From Parasitella parasitica NRRL 2501 (lineage: Eukaryota; Fungi; Mucoromycota), in the NCBI GenBank assembly GCA_025201805.1, contig MU619401.1, positions 1 through 60,334 on the forward strand: a DNA stretch of 60,334 bases. The letters run 5' to 3'. Position numbers and translations under genes: made by a program. Below are positions 57,049-60,334 of this stretch, one piece after another. The stretch's first letter is position 1, and every line of letters starts with the position of its first letter. The notes under the pieces are model-generated. The model did no database searches. It saw only the letters and a program-made list of their open reading frames with translations, and was not told where the DNA came from.

Positions 57049-58389
57049 AGGAAATGGAAACTCATGGAATAACTACTCGTTTTTTCATGAAAACAAGTCT
57101 CTTTCCGCAGCCATCTTTGAATGTGCTAACTGTATAGGTGGGTTAGGCGAGTAAGTAAAGAACATTCATGCTGCTGTCAGTTTGACTAGCATTTTGATCT
57201 TTGTTATGTAATAGCAGCATTGACATTCACTATGGTTCCACATCTTTAATGCATTTGGTAGAGGAAGGTTGTTTCCTTTAGCTCCTATTAAAATATCAAA
57301 TAGACAGGTCTGAATACACTTCTACTTTCTAAAGATGACCTATATATATATGTAATCTTCAAATATAATCATTTTGCGCAAAAATCATCGAAAAATCAGC
57401 AATAACATTCTCCAAGTTTAATTCATGTCCTTGATGAGTTTCTCATCATTCGATGCACACAAAAAGTAGAAGCTTGGTAGTGGCTGCACTTGAGTTAATT
57501 TGGACAAAAGTGCGAAGAACGTTCTTTCCTGAGATATCTTCAAATAATAGTATGTTACGAAATTTCTATATATGACAGCTTATAAAATGGACAATAATCA
57601 ATTATGCGCTGAACATCATATTATCATGTTGTTTTGCAAGAAGATTCATGCTTTACACCTTTAAATGCTTCACAAAACTCTATCTTTGTGCACAAAGGCT
57701 TTTTTTTTTTCCTGGTAGCAGCCCCAGAAACATTATAAAATATCCTACAGAGTGAAGATCACACTTTGTCATTACTAATGTGTATGTTTTTCACAATTTT
57801 AGCAGAGTTTATACTCTTTTTAAGCGAATTCAAAATGCTCAAAACCGCACCAAATCGTTTCGCAGAGTTCGTCCTTGCTATCTGACGCATTTCCACCAAA
57901 AATATAGGTGATGAAAAAATCATTGATTTTCAAAGATTTTTCATGAGGATCCATAAGGAAAAAATGCAAAGAAAACACAATATCTTGAATTTAGCCCCAA
58001 AAATGCAAGTTTCTTCTATGACATATATCAAACGAAAACATTCCATTTTACACCAATTTTGACAAATGACTACTATTTTAGGCGTTTATTATGCAAAATG
58101 TCAACTTTTAGCCGAAAAACGCATCTTCCTGTAGTTGCAAATCACTCAATATTTTAATAGAAATAATTGTTTTAAACATACATCAAAAGATGGAGAAATT
58201 AATGCTCTACAAATCTACTTAAATCTGTAATGTATATTGGTTTAGTGTTTTGTAGAGATATTAATCAAAAAGTGTCAAGTGGATCCAAAATCGGAGGTTT
58301 CGTTATCCCAAACGCAACCTCCGTCGTAGGACATTGAATTGGGGAACAAAGGATTCTTGACATACCTATATTTGACACTTTTTGGTTAG

Positions 58390-58900
58390 GCCGAGACACC
58401 TTGGAGGCATGGGAAAGACCTTTGATTGCAGTAGGTATCAGACATCTTCGACCGAGTGAAGATGACTTTCCTTTGATTTATCTTGGCTTTCCAATTGATA
58501 CAGTGTCATATCCAACGGGCCCAATTATAAGGGCTCTCCCACCACTAAAATCAGGACTGCAATCCAGATACACTCCACACGATCATTGTTTGTTGTCTCA
58601 GCAAGGCTTACCGTACTAAAATCATTGGTCCTATCCAAACCATGGTACATTTCAAAAGGTTACCCTCTTGACAGTTGCGAATTTCAAGCAGTTGCGCTCT
58701 TTAGCTATTTAATTTTTGAGAAAGAATATATTTCCAGTGATTCCCTGGAAGGGTGTAGACGCTTACCAAAGACCAAAATTTTTCGCAGCTTGATTAATGA
58801 ACATATTTAAAAAAAGAAAAGAAACACTCCAACATTATGGAAAAGATGGCACAGGTTTGACTAGCTGTTTTACTGTGCAGCTGGATATAGAGAACTCAGC
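58390..58900 (+). mobile_element. Non-LTR (L1/Tx1-like) retrotransposon relic, end of the RT domain; boundaries approximate
   Basis: PLIYLGFPI (RT YLG motif) followed after a frameshift by SARLTVLKSLVLSKPWY, the typical LS..GR..L..S.L.S..WY post-RT motif. Confidence 0.7.
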
Positions 58901-59425
58901 TTGGTACTTGTCTGACATGACCTTCTACACTAAAAGAAATCAGATCAATTGAAGGTATATATATATATATATAAATGCCAGAGAAAAGAAAACAATCTGC
59001 CATCAGGATAACACACCCATTTATAAAAAAATTATCTGTATAGAAATTTATGAAATCCCAAAAACATAAATGTGCGTATCTTCAACTTTGCTCTCCGTTC
59101 CTGAATCCAATCAAAGGTTTTTGATCCAAAGTCAACAGACACACTTGCACCCAGAATCGCAGATGTTTATCAATAGACAACCGTAATCTTTTTTAAAAAC
59201 TATAATGAAATTAAGGATATGATGTAGATAGCTTATTTTACAACACGTTCTCTTTGTATTTTCACTATGAATGAAACAAAGCAATCACTCTTTTTCTCTA
59301 AATATGGATTGAAATCCTTTTAGGGAGACATATTTATTCTCTCAGGAACTTCCTAGCTTTTATCAGAAACAGAAACTCTGATATATTTCACCACAATCGC
59401 CATGACCTTTATCATTTACTTGGAC

Positions 59426-60334
59426 TTTTTTTTTTTTTTTTTGCAGGACAGAAACGAACGTTCCTTTTCTTTTGCAGGATAGAAATGAACGTTTATTTTT
59501 AATCTGCATTGCAAAGGACTCTTTCAATGACTGAAAAATCTGACCATTTGGTTTGTGATTGGAAATATTGTTTGAAATTCCTTGCTGACAAAGCTGCATT
59601 AAGAAGACATGCATATGACATCCACATAGCTGGGAGTCACGTTAAAATCAATAAAGGTAAGTGAGTCTGTTTTTGGCATTTTCACTGCGATCAGTTCCAA
59701 CTTAATAAATCAGTGAGCAATAAAGCTTTTTGTTGTTCTGTTATATTTGAACCCAAGAAACCAGCAGTAGCAACAGTGGCAATTTCCTTTGTCAAAATAC
59801 TGTCCTCCTTGGAAGTATCTACAGCTTGTTGAATCTCACTTTTGTCGTATATTTTAGGTAACTTGATGGTTGCTGTGGTACTGAAATCAGATATTCTTTT
59901 TCCTGCCTCGTTGTTCACGTTAAAGATGCTAATTGTTCCATCATGAGCTTTTGCAATATGAGTTTTGAATGTCGAGGTTGTTTTCAGAATGTTATGGCAA
60001 ATTACGCAAGTGAAACCTTGAGGATCTCTTACAGCTGAGTCGAAGACTGAAAGATTGCCATTTAATCAGTAACATTGTTGATGGACTCAATTTTTCTTCA
60101 CTTACCTTTATTGATTTTAACGTGACTCCAGCTATGTGGATGTCATATGCATATCTTCTTAATGCAACTTTGTCAGCAAGAAATTTCAAACAATCTTCCC
60201 AATCACAAACCAAATGGTCAGATTTTTCAGTCATTGAAAGAGTCCTTTGCAATGCAGATTAAAAATAAACGTTCATTTCTATCCTGCAAAAGAAAAGGAA
60301 CGTTCGTTTCTGTCCTGCAAAAAAAAAAAAAAAA
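59426..60334. repeat. Long inverted repeat: arms 59426-59664 and 60098-60334 (may extend beyond the window), 433-bp spacer
   Basis: The arms are reverse complements apart from a few substitutions and a 1-nt indel. Confidence 0.95.
59691..60234 (-). pseudogene. Disrupted tandem C2H2 zinc-finger gene; intron ~60047-60105
   Basis: Exon 1 CDWEDC-x12-(Y)AYDIH; exon 2 CVIC-x12-HIAKAH; GTAAGT..ACTGAT..TTTCAG intron. Exon 1 has a 1-nt deletion relative to its inverted copy. Confidence 0.65.

Overview
Draft-assembly segment (several N gaps) of an AT-rich, intron-containing fungal genome. Gene families, ~50-150 nt introns and a Rhizopus-type chitinase point to Mucorales (inference; the species cannot be determined). 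The left ~8 kb is a transposon-relic zone: a CACTA element with intact ends and TSD, a nested solo LTR, an internally deleted Helitron, and an intact spliced orphan gene encoding a C4 zinc finger plus an HNH endonuclease domain. The middle holds ordinary genes: GH18 chitinase, EPL1, F-box/WD40, Rua1-type regulator, GNAT, DOHH, SH3-RasGEF, chitin synthase, AB-hydrolase, alpha-arrestin, NDP-glucose 4,6-dehydratase, ARG2, Chs4/Skt5-like Sel1 protein, ORC1 and UCH37. It also contains an unprocessed EF1-alpha pseudogene and a stray chitin-synthase fragment. The right end has an L1-like RT relic and a ~240-bp inverted duplication around a broken C2H2 zinc-finger gene. Best leads: the Zn-finger/HNH gene, the fold-back zinc-finger locus and the apparently BAH-less ORC1. 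All exon boundaries were read by eye and no searches were run.
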